Positions 14,942 through 27,450 of a DNA stretch of 64,000 bases are shown piece by piece (the stretch's first letter is position 1; each line of letters starts with the position of its first letter). Both the position numbers and the translations under genes were made by a program. Under the pieces are notes generated by a model. It searched no databases, was not told the DNA's origin, and saw nothing but the letters and a program-made list of their open reading frames with translations. The stretch comes from Octopus vulgaris (taxonomy: Eukaryota): contig OX597827.1 in assembly GCA_951406725.2 (NCBI GenBank), positions 7,564,001 through 7,628,000 on the forward strand, given 5' to 3'.

Positions 14942-15350
14942 TACACACACTACACGCATATACCACATACACGCACCCACTGTACACACACACACACACA
15001 CACAGAAACACACACACACACACATACACACACTACACGCATATACCACATACACGCACCCACTATACACACACACACACACAGAGAAACACACACACAC
15101 ACATACACACACTACACGCATATACCACATACACGCACCCACTATATACACACACACACACATACACACACTACACGCATATACCACATACATGCACACA
15201 CACAGAAACACACACACACATACATACACTACACACATATACCACATACACGCACACATACATACACTACACACATATACCACATACACACACCCACTGT
15301 ACACACATGCACACACATGCACACACACACCACACATGCACATATATATT
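14270..15350. repeat. Minisatellite, ~55-65-bp CA-rich unit, roughly 17 copies
   Basis: Recurrent core cactacacgcatataccacatacacgcacccactatacac separated by variable (CA)n and cagaaa. Confidence 0.9.
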
Positions 15351-15379
15351 ACACACCCACGTGAACTACATGCGCACAC

Positions 15380-15421
<42 letters not shown>

Positions 15422-15486
15422 TGAGACTGTAGCAGTTCGTTGTGGCATTGATGTTTGTAGGTGATGTCGTGATGATTTTAATTAAT

Positions 15487-16345
15487 GGTGGTGGTGGTGG
15501 TGGTGGTGGTGGTGGTGGTGGTGGTGGTGGTGGTGGTGGTGGTGGTTGTGGTGGTGGTGGTGGTGGTGGTGGTGGTGTTGGGGGTGGCTGCGTTGGTGGT
15601 AATTTGTACAGAGTTGACGGAACAATTTATTTTTGTGGACTGATATTTTGTATGTTAATTCATAGAGAGAAAAAAAGAAAAGTCAGGCAAAAAGTACTGC
15701 ATGATTTAACATATATGTACCTTAGTGCAAGTAATTGCCATTAAGCAATGCAAGTCACCACCGCCACCACTACCACCGCCACTACCACCAACACCACCAC
15801 CACCACCACCACCACCACCACCACCACCACCACTGCCACCACCACCACCGCCACCACTCACCACCACCACCACCACCACCACCACCACTGCCACCACCAC
15901 CACCGCCACCACTACCACCACCCCACTACCACCACCACTACCACCACCACCACCACCAACACCACCACCACTACCACCAACACCCCCTACCACCACCACC
16001 AACACCACCACCACCACCACCACCACCACCAACACCACCACCACTACCACCACCATCACCACCAACACCCCTACCACTACCACCACCAACACCATTACCA
16101 CCACCACCACCACTACCATCAACACCACCACCACTACCACCACCACCATTACTACCACCACCACTACCACCACCACCAACACCAACACCCCTACCACTAC
16201 CACCACCACTACCATCAACACCACCAACACTAACACCACCACCATCATGACTGCCAGCATCAGACAAAAAACACAACTGTCTTAAACAACAAATAAAAAT
16301 CATCACCACCACCACCACTACCACCCACCACCACCACTACCACAC
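15487..16345. repeat. (GGT)n tract (15487-15600) followed by complementary (ACC)n tract (15755-16345)
   Basis: Direct reading; source of the poly-G/P/T/H ORFs. Confidence 0.95.
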
Positions 16346-16587
16346 CACATCATAACTACCAACTGCCTTCTCACAAACCCTATTTGAGATATTCCCTTTC
16401 GTGTGATGCAGCAGGAGTGGCTGTGTGGTAAGATGCTTGCTTCCCAACCACATGGTTTTGGGTTCAAGTTTACTAACTTTTAGAGGTTGCTTGCATATTT
16501 CTACATCATAATTTTTGTCAGTCTCACAAGTGATTTTTACATCACATGCACTTAAGCAGGTCCTCTCTAACTTATTACAAAACAGAA

Positions 16588-16985
16588 CCGAGTGGCTGTG
16601 TGGTAAGTAGCTTGTTTACCAACCACATGGTTCCTGGTTCAGTCCCACTGCGTGGCACCTTGACCAAGTGTCTTCTACTATAGCCTCGGGTCGACCAAAG
16701 CCTTGTGAGTGGATTTGGTAGACGGAGACTGAAAGAAGCCCGTCATATATATGTATATATATGTGTGTCTGGGTTTGTCCCCCTAGCATTGCTTGACAAC
16801 CGATGCTGGTGTGTTTATGTCACCGTTACTTAGCGGTTCGGCAAAAAGAGACCAATAGAATAAGTACTGGGCTTACAAAAGAATAAGTCTCGGCGTCGAG
16901 TTGCTCGATTAAGGGCGGTGCACCAGCATGGCCACAGTCAAATGACTGAAGCAAGTAAAAGAGTAAAAAGAGAGAGAGAGAGAGT
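16588..16985 (+). mobile_element. SINE family A
   Basis: Near full-length copy. Confidence 0.9.
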
Positions 16986-17147
16986 ACCAAAATTACCTGA
17001 CTACCTGTACTCTCTATAAAACATGAGAATAAGAACAGGATGGAAAAAGTTTAAGAAAGAATTTCCTCTCAAGGCTATGAAGACATTTCTTGTGTGATTC
17101 ATATAGATACAGCGTAATGCTACATGGTAATGAAACCTATGCACTGA

Positions 17148-17362
17148 CTCTCTTTACTCTCTTTTACATGTTTCAGTCATTTGACTGCGGCCATGCTGGA
17201 GCACCGCCTTTAATCGAGCAACTCGACCCCGGGACTTATTTTTTTTGTAAGCCCAGTACTTATTCTATCAGTCTCTTTTTGCCGAACCGCTAAGTGACGG
17301 GGACGTAAACACACCAGCATCGGTTGTCAAGCAATGCTAGGGGGACAAACACAGACACACAA

Positions 17363-17403
<41 letters not shown>

Positions 17404-17570
17404 TACGACAGGCTTCTTTCAGTTTCCGTCTACCAAATCCACTCACAAGGCATTGGTCGGCCTGGGGCTATAGTAGAAGACACTTGCCCATGATGCCACG
17501 CAGTGGGACTGAACCCAGAACCATGTGGCTGGTTAGCAAGCTACTTACCACACAGCCATTCCTGCGCCTA
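17148..17570 (-). mobile_element. SINE family A (inverted relative to the 16588 copy)
   Basis: Reverse complement of family A. Confidence 0.9.
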
Positions 17571-17749
17571 AATCCTACAGAGGATACATAAATGCTGTAA
17601 AAGAAACGAATATTCTCTACTAGGTGTGTAGAGCACATGAACAACAGAATACATACAAACTCACACACACACATATATGCAAGTGCATGCATGTTTACAT
17701 ACATGAATGTATACATACAATATATATAGGCACAAACACATACACATAT

Positions 17750-17978
17750 TTCTGTATTGCCCACAAGGGGCTAAACATAGAGGGGACAAACAAGGACAGA
17801 CAAAGGGATTAAGTCGATTACATCGACCCCCTTGTGTGACTGGCACTTAAGTTATCGACCCCGAAAGGATGAAAGGCAAAGTCGACCTCGGCGGAATTTG
17901 AACTCAGAACGTAACGGCAGACGAAATTTTTGCTAAGCATTTCGCCCAGCATGCTAACGATTCTGCCAGTTCGCCACC
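17750..17978 (-). mobile_element. SINE family B (Meta-domain-like)
   Basis: Reverse complement of ...gagttcaaattccgccgaggtcgactttgcctttcatcctttcggggtcgataa.ttaagt.ccag; the central block resembles the MetaSINE domain. Confidence 0.85.
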
Positions 17979-18024
17979 TTTCACACAAGCACATGCACAA
18001 TTTAGAGAATCTATTTATTTCGTA

Positions 18025-18537
18025 CAGCCTCGCCTGGCCCCTGTGCCAGTAGCACGTAAAAGCACCATCCGTTCGTGTCCGTTGCCAGCCTCGCCTGGCC
18101 CCCGTGCTGGTGGCATGTAAAAGCACCATCCACTCGTGTCCGTTGCCAGCCTCGCCTGGCCCCCGTGCCGGTAGCACGTAAAAGCACCATCCGTTCGTGT
18201 CCGTTGCCAGCCTCGCCTGGCCCCCGTGCCGTTGGCACGTAAAAGCACCATCCACTCGTGTCCGTTGCCAGCCTCGCCTGGCCCCCGTGCCGGTAGCACG
18301 TAAAAGCACCATCCGTTCGTGGCCGTTTGCCAGCTCTGTCTGGCACCTGTGAAGGTGGCACGTAAAAAGTACCCACTACACTCACGGAGTGGTTGGCGTT
18401 AGGAAGGGCATCCAGCCATAGAAACACTGCCAGATCTGACTGGGCCTGATGAAGCCTTCCAGCTTCACAGACCCCAGTTAAACCGTCCAACCCATGCTAG
18501 CATGGAAAACGGACGCTAAATGATGATGATGATGATG
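18025..18537 (+). mobile_element. RTE-type retroposon 3' end carrying a 61-bp tandem array
   Basis: Units start at 18025, 18086, 18147, 18208 and 18269; then ...aggaagggcatccagcc...cccatgctagcatggaaaacggacgctaaa(tga)n. Confidence 0.7.
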
Positions 18538-18574
18538 AAGAATCAACAGCTCAATATATGCTTGCATGTATGTA

Positions 18575-18614
<40 letters not shown>

Positions 18615-19334
18615 TGCGTGGTGTGTGTGTAAGTAATCTTCATGTGTATCTTGCAAAAGGAAAAAGAACAGACCTCCAATCATAGGATCTGAACCATTTA
18701 TCTATCACTTGCCAAGCAATTGTACGTTAACACCTCCAACATAGTCAAAATAAAACAGAAAAATCTTTTTTTTTTACTTTGGCACATGAGGAAAAATTTA
18801 TACTGTACCTTGTCAGGTACCACTAACTTAATTAAAGAAAAACCTTCATAAATATCCTGACTCTGAAGAGTAGGATAAATGAGGACACATCTTTGATCTC
18901 TTTTGGGAAACATATTCTGATTAGTGAAATTACAGAATGAGGGATAACTTGCTTTAGATAACAAAAGTAAAACGAACGACATGGACACGATGGTGTAATT
19001 TTGAGAGAGATTTAAGCTAGCGTTAATTCAACAACAAAGGCAAATTGCAAGGATGAATCGAGGATTGAGACTAGATTTACTTTTTTGATGTCTGCTATCC
19101 CTCATTAGTTAGCAAGCTAATCATTCCAAGCAGTGGCTAATTCAAGTCTATATCATAAATAAATGTTCGTAAATTCCATCACTGTATTTGCTCAGACTTC
19201 AGGCTATGGGGGAGACGTTAATGATATTTCTTCTTTTTTCTTTTTTTGTTGAAAACATGTTTATGGTAAGACATAAACTTTTGATAATATAACAAATACA
19301 TGCATACACATATACAAGGTACAAGGACTCAGAC

Positions 19335-19417
<83 letters not shown>

Positions 19418-19644
19418 GATCGCCATGTTAATTCGCTAGCCTCTGCACGCATTTTTTTTCTCTCCTTGCTTCTTTCTGTGTTTCTTTTCTGTGTATCTTT
19501 CTGTTGAAGAGCGTAGGCTCGAAACGTAAAAGACTTGTTTTATTTCTATTCCTGAGCACCATACTAATACAATTGTTTGTTTGTATTCCACCTGCCTTCA
19601 TCTTTTGTTTATTTTCATAAAGCTTCCCGTTATCTGTCTATCTG

Positions 19645-19704
<60 letters not shown>

Positions 19705-19975
19705 CCTACCTACCTATCTATCTATCTATCTGTCTATCTATCTATCTATCTGTCTATCTACCTATCTATCTATCTATCTACCTACCTGTCTATCTGTCTG
19801 TCTGTCTATCTATCGCCATGACAGATTGTTAGCCACTACACACATTTCTTTTCTCTCCTTGTTTCTTTTTGTGTTCCTTTCTGTGGAAGAGCGTAGGCTC
19901 GAAATGTAAAATACTTTTTCTATTCCTGAGCGTTATACTAATACATCTGTTTGTTTTGTACACCACCTGTCTTTC
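19418..19975 (+). mobile_element. Two related Penelope-like terminal fragments with minimal hammerhead-like motifs
   Basis: Direct repeats 380 bp apart containing ctgt.gaagagcgtaggctcgaaa.gtaaaa, flanked by (TATC)n. Confidence 0.6.
19496..19533 (+). ncRNA. Minimal type I hammerhead-ribozyme-like motif (core variant)
   Basis: Stem I UCUUU/AAAGA; core CUGUUGA-A; stem II GAGC(GUAG)GCUC; GAAA; loopless palindromic ACGU stem III; cleavage triplet GUA. Confidence 0.5.
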
Positions 19976-20033
19976 TGTCTCCCTCCCTTTGTGTTCACAC
20001 ACACATCCACACACCCACCCACACCCACACACA

Positions 20034-20066
<33 letters not shown>

Positions 20067-20332
20067 GCACGCACATATATAGTAGGCATGTGAAAGAAGC
20101 ATTGTGAATTAAACAAACATTTTGAAGATATTTTGTCTTAGTCATGACTTCCAAAGTATTTCAGGGTTGGCTTCCAAGCAGTTTCAAATTTATTCATCTT
20201 TCCACTAGAGGGCACCATGAGATGACTTTTGGTGATTTGATACCTATTGCCTAAAGCAAGGATGTTCTCCGTGGCAAACTACAATAAAAACAACTTCTTA
20301 CATCCCAAATTTATTTGAACTGATCTAAATGT

Positions 20333-20386
<54 letters not shown>

Positions 20387-20526
20387 GTTTAACGTCTGTT
20401 TTCCATGCTAGCATGGGTTGTTTTAAAAAAATGTTTGCTTTCATAATTTACTTATTGTCACTCCTATTGCTTAAATTTATAGGAAGCTGTTTCGTGTTAG
20501 AGTAAATAGAAAGACATATATATATG

Positions 20527-20950
20527 TCGCAGGAGTGGCTGTGTGGCTGTGTGGTAAGTAGCTTGCTAACCAACCACATGGTTCTGGGTTCAGTCCCACT
20601 GCATGGCATCTTGGGCAAGTGTCTTCTGCTATAGCCTCGGGCCGACCAAAGCCTTGTGAGTGGATTTGGTAGACGGAAACTGAAAGAAGCCCGTCGTATA
20701 TATGTATATATATATATATATATGTATGTTTGTGTGTCTGTGTTTGTCCCTCTAGCATTGCTTGACAACCGGTGCTGGTGTGTTTACGTCCCTGTCACTT
20801 AGCAGTTCAGCAAAAGAGACCGATAGAATAAGTACTGGGCTTACAAAGAATAAGTCCCGGGGTCGATTTACTCGACCAAAGGCGGTGCTCCAGCATGGCC
20901 GCAGTCAAATGACTGAAACAAGTATAAAAGAGTAAAAAGAGTAAAAGAGT
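20527..20950 (+). mobile_element. SINE family A
   Basis: Full length; small duplication gtggctgt in the head. Confidence 0.9.
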
Positions 20951-21734
20951 ATATATATACATGATTGGCCATGTTTTTTTTCTCTTTGTAAGGGAGCTTG
21001 TGTTGACTGCAACCAACAACAACCAGAGATAGGTAAAGAAACTAAATAGCACTAGTTATGCCTTTTCCGTGCATAGAAACATGAATTATATGTGTGTGCT
21101 TGTCTGTATGAAGTGTGTGTAAGTACATGAGTGTGTGCTTGTTTGGGTATTTGATTGATTCAACTATCTTTCTGTCCATCCATCTTAATGCTTATCTATC
21201 TATATGCACACACACACACATACATATGCATATATATTTATGAATGTATATATTCATATAAATATATATATATCCTTAAATATATACATAAGTAATGCAT
21301 GACTGCATGCGCATTTATATAAATATATTCATTCATACATATATAGAATATATACATGCATAGACGCATGAATATATAGGTGTACATACAATACATTCGC
21401 ATAATAAAAAATATTTATACACACACACATATATATATATATATGTTTGTATGTATGTATACATTCTGAACTAAAATGCAATATATTGAGTAGCATTTAT
21501 ATATATATATAAAGAAAAAAGACAGCAAATTTTAAAAAATCCTGAAAGGTACTGCCAGAACTTCCTGCAGGAAAGACCATTTAAAAGTATTATAGATTTT
21601 CAAATACAATAGCATCGCTAATGAGAGTAGGTTCTCACATTGACTTAGCACAGCTTTAACATTTCACACCCACCAAACTCCAGACTATATTCATTGTTCC
21701 TATGAGGTTGTTTATTACAGAAAGTTACAAATTG

Positions 21735-22335
21735 CCAACGAGTTGGTAGAATCGTTAGCACACCGGGTGAAATGCTTAGCTGTATTTCATCTGCTGCTAC
21801 GCTCTGAGTTCAAATTCCGCCGAGGTCGACTTTGCCTTTCATCCTTTCGGGGGTCGATAAATTAAGTACCAGTTACACACTGGGGTCGATATGAACGAAT
21901 TAATCCGTTTGTTTGTCCTTGTTTGTCCTCTCTGTGTTAAGCCCCTTGTGGGTAGTAAAGAAATAGGTATTTCATCTGCTGCTACGTTCTGAGTTCAAAT
22001 TCCGCCAAGGTCGACTTTGCCTTTCATCCTTTTAGGGTCAATAAATTAAGTACCAGTTACGCACTGGGGTCGATGTAATCGACTTAATCCCTTTCTCTGT
22101 GCTTGTTTGTCCTCTCTGTGTTTAGCCCCTTGTGGGTAGTAAAGAAATAGGTATTTCGTCTGCCGCTACGTTTTGAGTTCAAATTCCGCCGAGGTCGACT
22201 TTGCCTTTCATCCATTCGGGGTCAATAAATTAAGTACCAGTTACGCACTGGGGTCGATATAATCGACTTAATCCCTTTGTCTGTCCTTGTTTGTCCCCTC
22301 TATATTTAGCCCCTTGTGAGCAATAAAGAAATAAG
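21735..22335 (+). mobile_element. SINE family B, one head with three tandem bodies
   Basis: A ~185-bp unit starting gtatttc.tctgc.gctacg recurs near 21782, 21967 and 22151. Confidence 0.9.
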
Positions 22336-22477
22336 AATGTTATTCCTTGAGCAAGCAGACCATACATAAGTACTCACACATGTAAGAATTAGTCACTTTA
22401 TTATATGAAATATGTGAATAGAATAAGAAAATAGCTATCATCAATTATATATATATAAATCCTTAAATCCTTAAAAA

Positions 22478-22700
22478 TGTTTTAGCCTGAAGGCCGCGGC
22501 CATGCTGGGGCACCACCGCTGAATGAGCTACACTAATATGTGAATCCACCTCTGATACATGGAACTTGATCAACAAGGGAGTTCGATGCTGCTGCCCGCA
22601 TCTGCGTCTCCTGTCGTGAGGTAGGTTCATCTGGGACTCCCGACAAGAAGGGATCCAGTTTAGTTTTAAAGAAACCCATATATCCATTCTTTGGTGTATA
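22478..22700 (-). mobile_element. 3' end of a CR1/L2-group LINE
   Basis: Minus-strand frame FFKTKLDPFLSGVPDEPTSRQETQMRAAASNSLVDQVPCIRGGFTY*, then 3' UTR ggtggtgccccagcatggccgcggccttcaggctaaaac. Confidence 0.65.
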
Positions 22701-23544
22701 AACTCATTATAATTATATAGCTGTGCATGTAAGTATATAGATGTTGTGTGTACAATCTGCATGTATGTAAATATTGCATATATATATATATATATATATG
22801 AATGAATATATTCCTGTATATATGCATGCAGTCATCTATTACTTATGCATTTATCTAATACACTTCTGTATGTGTAAGTGCTATTAAAATATAATATGTT
22901 TATATTTATTGCATGTGAAAGGTAGTGAGCTGACAGGATTGTTGGCATAGCATATAGGGTAAAATACTTAGTGGTATTTCATCTGTCTTTATGTTCTGAG
23001 TTCAAATTCTGTTGAGGTTGAGTTTACCTTCCATCCTTTTGGGGTTGATAAAATAAGTACCACTTCAGTACTGGTGTTGATCTAATTGACTTACTGCCTC
23101 TAACCAAAAATTGCTGGCCTTGTGTCAGAATTTGAAAATAATATATATTGGGTGTGTCTACACATCATATACACATACACATGTACATATTTGTGTGTGT
23201 ATATATATATGTCCTGTTATTGCTATTCTTGTTTTTTATCTTTATTTTTTGCTTCTTGTATTTATATTCGTGTGGCATCGTCCGGTTTTCTGTCCCTGTT
23301 TCGTATACATTCGATCCTTTTTCCAAGAAATCTAATGCTTGTAGCTTAGTTTTTCCTTGGGGCTGGCCGGATCAGAGCGATATCAGGATTAATCAGCCGA
23401 AATTGCTAAGATGATCCGGTTCCCGACTGAAGATTAGAGGCTTCGAATGACCCGTCTGTTTTTTTGTGTCATCTCTTTGTGTGTTTTGCATTCTTGTCCC
23501 ATTTTGTAATTTTTATATATAATTTTTATACATATATATATATG

Positions 23545-23581
<37 letters not shown>

Positions 23582-23874
23582 CCAGAAATACATGTATACA
23601 CACACACACAAATTGCACCTGTAATTCAAAAGCCTAGTTGAATCAAACTGTATCATGCTGGTTCAGCTCCAGAGTTATATTAAAGGCACACATATCTGTG
23701 GAGTACTCAGCCACTTGAACAGTAATATATTTCTTTAAGGCCAAGGGATATGATTTCGCAGAAATTTGGTTGCCACTTCAGGCAAATTTAGCAAATGCAT
23801 CAATGCATATTTGCTGGTACTTATATGTATTTTTTTCTTAGTGTTTATTCATTGTAAAGATTTATCATTATATA

Positions 23875-24045
23875 GGCGCAGGAGTGGCTGTGTGGTAAGT
23901 AGCTTGCTAACCAACCACATGGTTCCGGGTTCAGTCCCACTGCGTGGTATCTTGGGCAAGTGTCTTCTGCTATAGCCCCGGGCCGACCAATGCCTTGTGA
24001 GTGGATTTGGTAGACGGAAACTGAAAGAAGCCTGTCGTATATATG

Positions 24046-24078
<33 letters not shown>

Positions 24079-24315
24079 GTGTGTGTGTGTATGTGTTTGT
24101 GTGTCTGTGTTTGTCTCCCTAGCATTGCTTGACAACCGATGCTGGTGTGTTTATGTCCCCGTCACTTAGCGGTTCGGCAAAAGAGACCGATAGAATAAGT
24201 ACTGGGCTTACAAAGAATAAGTCCCGGGGTCAAGTTGCTCGATTCAAGGCGGTGCTCCAGCATGGCTGCAGTCAAATGACTGAAACAAGTAAAAGAGTAA
24301 AAGAGTAAAAGAGAA
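23875..24315 (+). mobile_element. SINE family A
   Basis: Full-length copy. Confidence 0.9.
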
Positions 24316-24951
24316 TAACAAACAATGGTTATATTGTACTTCCCTGCAATACATAGCAAACATCTTTATGGATTACCTTCATAATAATGGTGAACCTTTT
24401 CTATTATAGACCAGCTAACTTTTATCACGTTTTTTAAAAGTATAATCTTTCAATTTTCCAAATTTTCAAATCTAACGGTATTACATCAGCAACAATTCAA
24501 GAAGTGCATATATCCTGTGTATTTTGGCTTAGATTCACAAATTGCTGATTCTATCTAACTCTTTTCAGTACCATATCTCAACAGCATGCTAGCTTGGTAT
24601 ATCACTAGTTAGGCATTTTGACATTTAACAGGCATTATAATGGGTTATTCAGCTAACCTAGGTAAATCTCAAAGGATGGTGTTGTTTTTATTGATTTTAA
24701 GTATTGTGCTTATTATATTTTCTGTGCAAGTATAGCTGACCTTAACATTGTTCTAAATATAGAGCTGCGATACTTATGATTTGTATGAAAATGTTTACTG
24801 GTGAAAGATTGGAAATTTTTTGCTCCGTTGGTCACTACGGTTTTTGTTAGAGTAGGGATTAAGCCAGATGATCTTTCTTATTCTGGTTCAGTTCATTTGT
24901 GTACAAGGGAATATATGCGTACGACTGTATGCACATATATGGGGGTGGGTG

Positions 24952-24993
<42 letters not shown>

Positions 24994-25560
24994 TACATAC
25001 ACATATATGCACATATATATATGTATGTATGTATATATACACATATATACATACATATATATATAAATACATACACATATATATATATATATTTATATAT
25101 GTATGTATGTATGTATGTTTGTATGTATGTATGTATGTATGTATGTATGTTGTATGTATGTATGAATGTATGTATGTATGTATGTATGTATGTATGTATG
25201 TATGAATGTATGTATGTATGTATGTATGTATGTATGTATGTATGTTTGTATGTGTGTATGTATGTATATGTATATGAATAGTTATGTATGTAAATAAATA
25301 CATAATTATATATAAATATTTGTGTGCATGTGTGCTTATATGGCAGTTCGTGATTTAGCGGTTATGGTGTAGTACTCGTGATTGTGAGATTGTGGTTTCA
25401 GTTTCTAGTCTGGGCATTGCATTGTGTTCTTGAGCAAAACACTTCCCTTTGCATTGTTTCTGTCCATTCACCTGACAAAAATGAGCAATCTTGCAACAGA
25501 TCCTATACTGGAGAGAATATATACACCATATACTGGAGGGAATATATACACCATATACAA

Positions 25561-25790
25561 GGCGGCAAGCTGGCAGAAACGTTAGCACACCGGGCGAAAT
25601 GCGTTGCCGTATTTCGTCTGCCATTGCGTTCCGAGTTCAAATTCCGCCGAGGTCGACTTTGCCTTTCATCCTTCCGGGGTCGATAAATTAAGTACCAGTT
25701 ATGCACTGGGGTCGATGTAATCGACTTAATCTCTTTGTCTGTCCTTGTTTGTCTCCTCTGTGTTTCGACCCTTGTGGGTAGTAAAGAAAT
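25561..25790 (+). mobile_element. SINE family B
   Basis: Full length; atatatacaccata occurs on both sides (TSD-like). Confidence 0.9.
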
Positions 25791-25848
25791 ATATATACAC
25801 CATAGAATCAAAGAAACTGGCCTTATTGGCCTATAGCTTGGGATGAAT

Positions 25849-25882
<34 letters not shown>

Positions 25883-26309
25883 ATATAAACAGAGTTAGCA
25901 GCTGTAGTAACTGACTAAAGGATAAAATATCCGTAGGTACTATCGGTATCTGATACTGATATATGTCGAGCACACCATATATGTCAAGAACAGGTAACAA
26001 TAGGATAAGCAAAAGTTTATCAGGAACCAATGCAAATAATTAGAAAATGGGGAAAAGCATAGATTATCCAGTACATCAATAGGACCACATTTAACTCTTC
26101 TTTACTAATACAAAGCAAGACATAACAAAGCTAACAGCTGTTTCAGATCAAAGTTTTCAGAACGCAGTCTATACATAAATGTGAGGATAAAATTCTTCAT
26201 CTTCATAGGGCATTTGAATTAAGGCAACTGATCTTCATCTGAGTGAAAAACAAGAGCATACAATATAAATGAAAGGGAGAAGGAAGAGGTAAGAAAACAT
26301 GGTTTAGAC

Positions 26310-26528
26310 CAGTGGTTTTCAACCAGGGTTCCGTGGAACCTTAGGGTTCTGCCAGTACAGTCCAGGGGTTCCGCAAGAAGTTACAAAACTGCTAAAATCA
26401 GCAGTAATTTTTAATTCTCCTGCGCAGATATGTGTGCATAAGACTACTAAATTATTGCACAGGTGTTCCTCGAGCCAGTGGAATGTTTCCTTGGGGTTCC
26501 GCTCCAGCAAAAAGTTTGAAAAGCACTG
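26310..26528. mobile_element. hAT (Charlie-like) MITE, 219 bp
   Basis: TIRs cagtggttttcaa / ttgaaaagcactg; perfect 8-bp TSD gtttagac at 26302-26309 and 26529-26536. Confidence 0.9.
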
Positions 26529-26991
26529 GTTTAGACAAATAGTCTAAAAGCCCAAAACGTTAAGTGGAGTGAAAGAGGTGATGTGTCAAATGGTCTGTCT
26601 TGAGCCTATTCAGACAAGGCAGAGTCCACTACTCCCCAAATGTAACTGCAATTATTTTCTTCAAGATGTAGAACAAGAGACAAAAAAAATGGAAATATTC
26701 AAAAAAAAAAAAAAAAAAAGAAAGTAAATGGAAGAAGAAAGAAAGAAAGAATCAACTCCAGAACAAGTACTTTATTCATCATCACCTAAATGATGAAAGG
26801 TAAAGCAGGCTCCCGGAGTATTTGAACTCAGAGATCAGCAAACCAGAACAAATACTATGTATTCAGATGTGATTGAAACTTTGACATCAAACTCATAAAT
26901 GCCTAAATCAATTTCACAGTTTTTGAATGTCTGTGCGTCTGCTAGAGCTGTAATTGTTTTAGTTTCAACACACAGCCAGATCAAGGAAATA

Positions 26992-27102
<111 letters not shown>

Positions 27103-27124
27103 ATAGATGTATATATATATATAT

Positions 27125-27450
27125 ACTCTTTTACTCTTTTACTTGTTTCATTCATGTGACTGTGGTCCATGCTGGAGCACCGCCTTTAGTCGAGCAAATC
27201 GACCCCAGGACTTATTCCTTGTAAGCCTAGTACTTATTCTATCAGTCTCTTTTGCCGAACCGCTAAGTTACGGGGACGTAAACACACCAACATCGGTTGT
27301 CAAGCGATGTTTGTGGGGACAAACACAGACACACAAACACACACACACGCATATACATATATATACATATATATGACGGGCTTCTTTCAGTTTCCGTCTA
27401 CCAAATCCACTCACAAGGCTTTGGTCGGCCCAAGGCTATAGTAGAAGACA
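27125..27450 (-). mobile_element. SINE family A, 5'-truncated
   Basis: Reverse-complement tail and body; head missing. Confidence 0.85.

Noticed and set aside
14160-15464. 434-aa, 399-aa and 372-aa His/Thr-rich ORFs
   Set aside because: Open in three frames simply because the CA-rich minisatellite lacks stop codons; no domain signal.
15706-16324. Poly-Pro/Thr/His/Gly/Val ORFs (formin-, mucin- or extensin-like)
   Set aside because: Translation of (ACC)n/(GGT)n; open in nearly all frames.
18025-18330. CRISPR-like appearance of regularly spaced palindromic repeats (also 60600-60990)
   Set aside because: Units are contiguous with no unique spacers, there are no cas genes, and the context is a eukaryotic retroposon tail.
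23355-23460. Hairpin ccggatca/tgatccgg followed by ctgaaga as another hammerhead (similar ctgaaga at ~6021)
   Set aside because: No correctly placed stem II plus GAAA; a hammerhead fold cannot be built.
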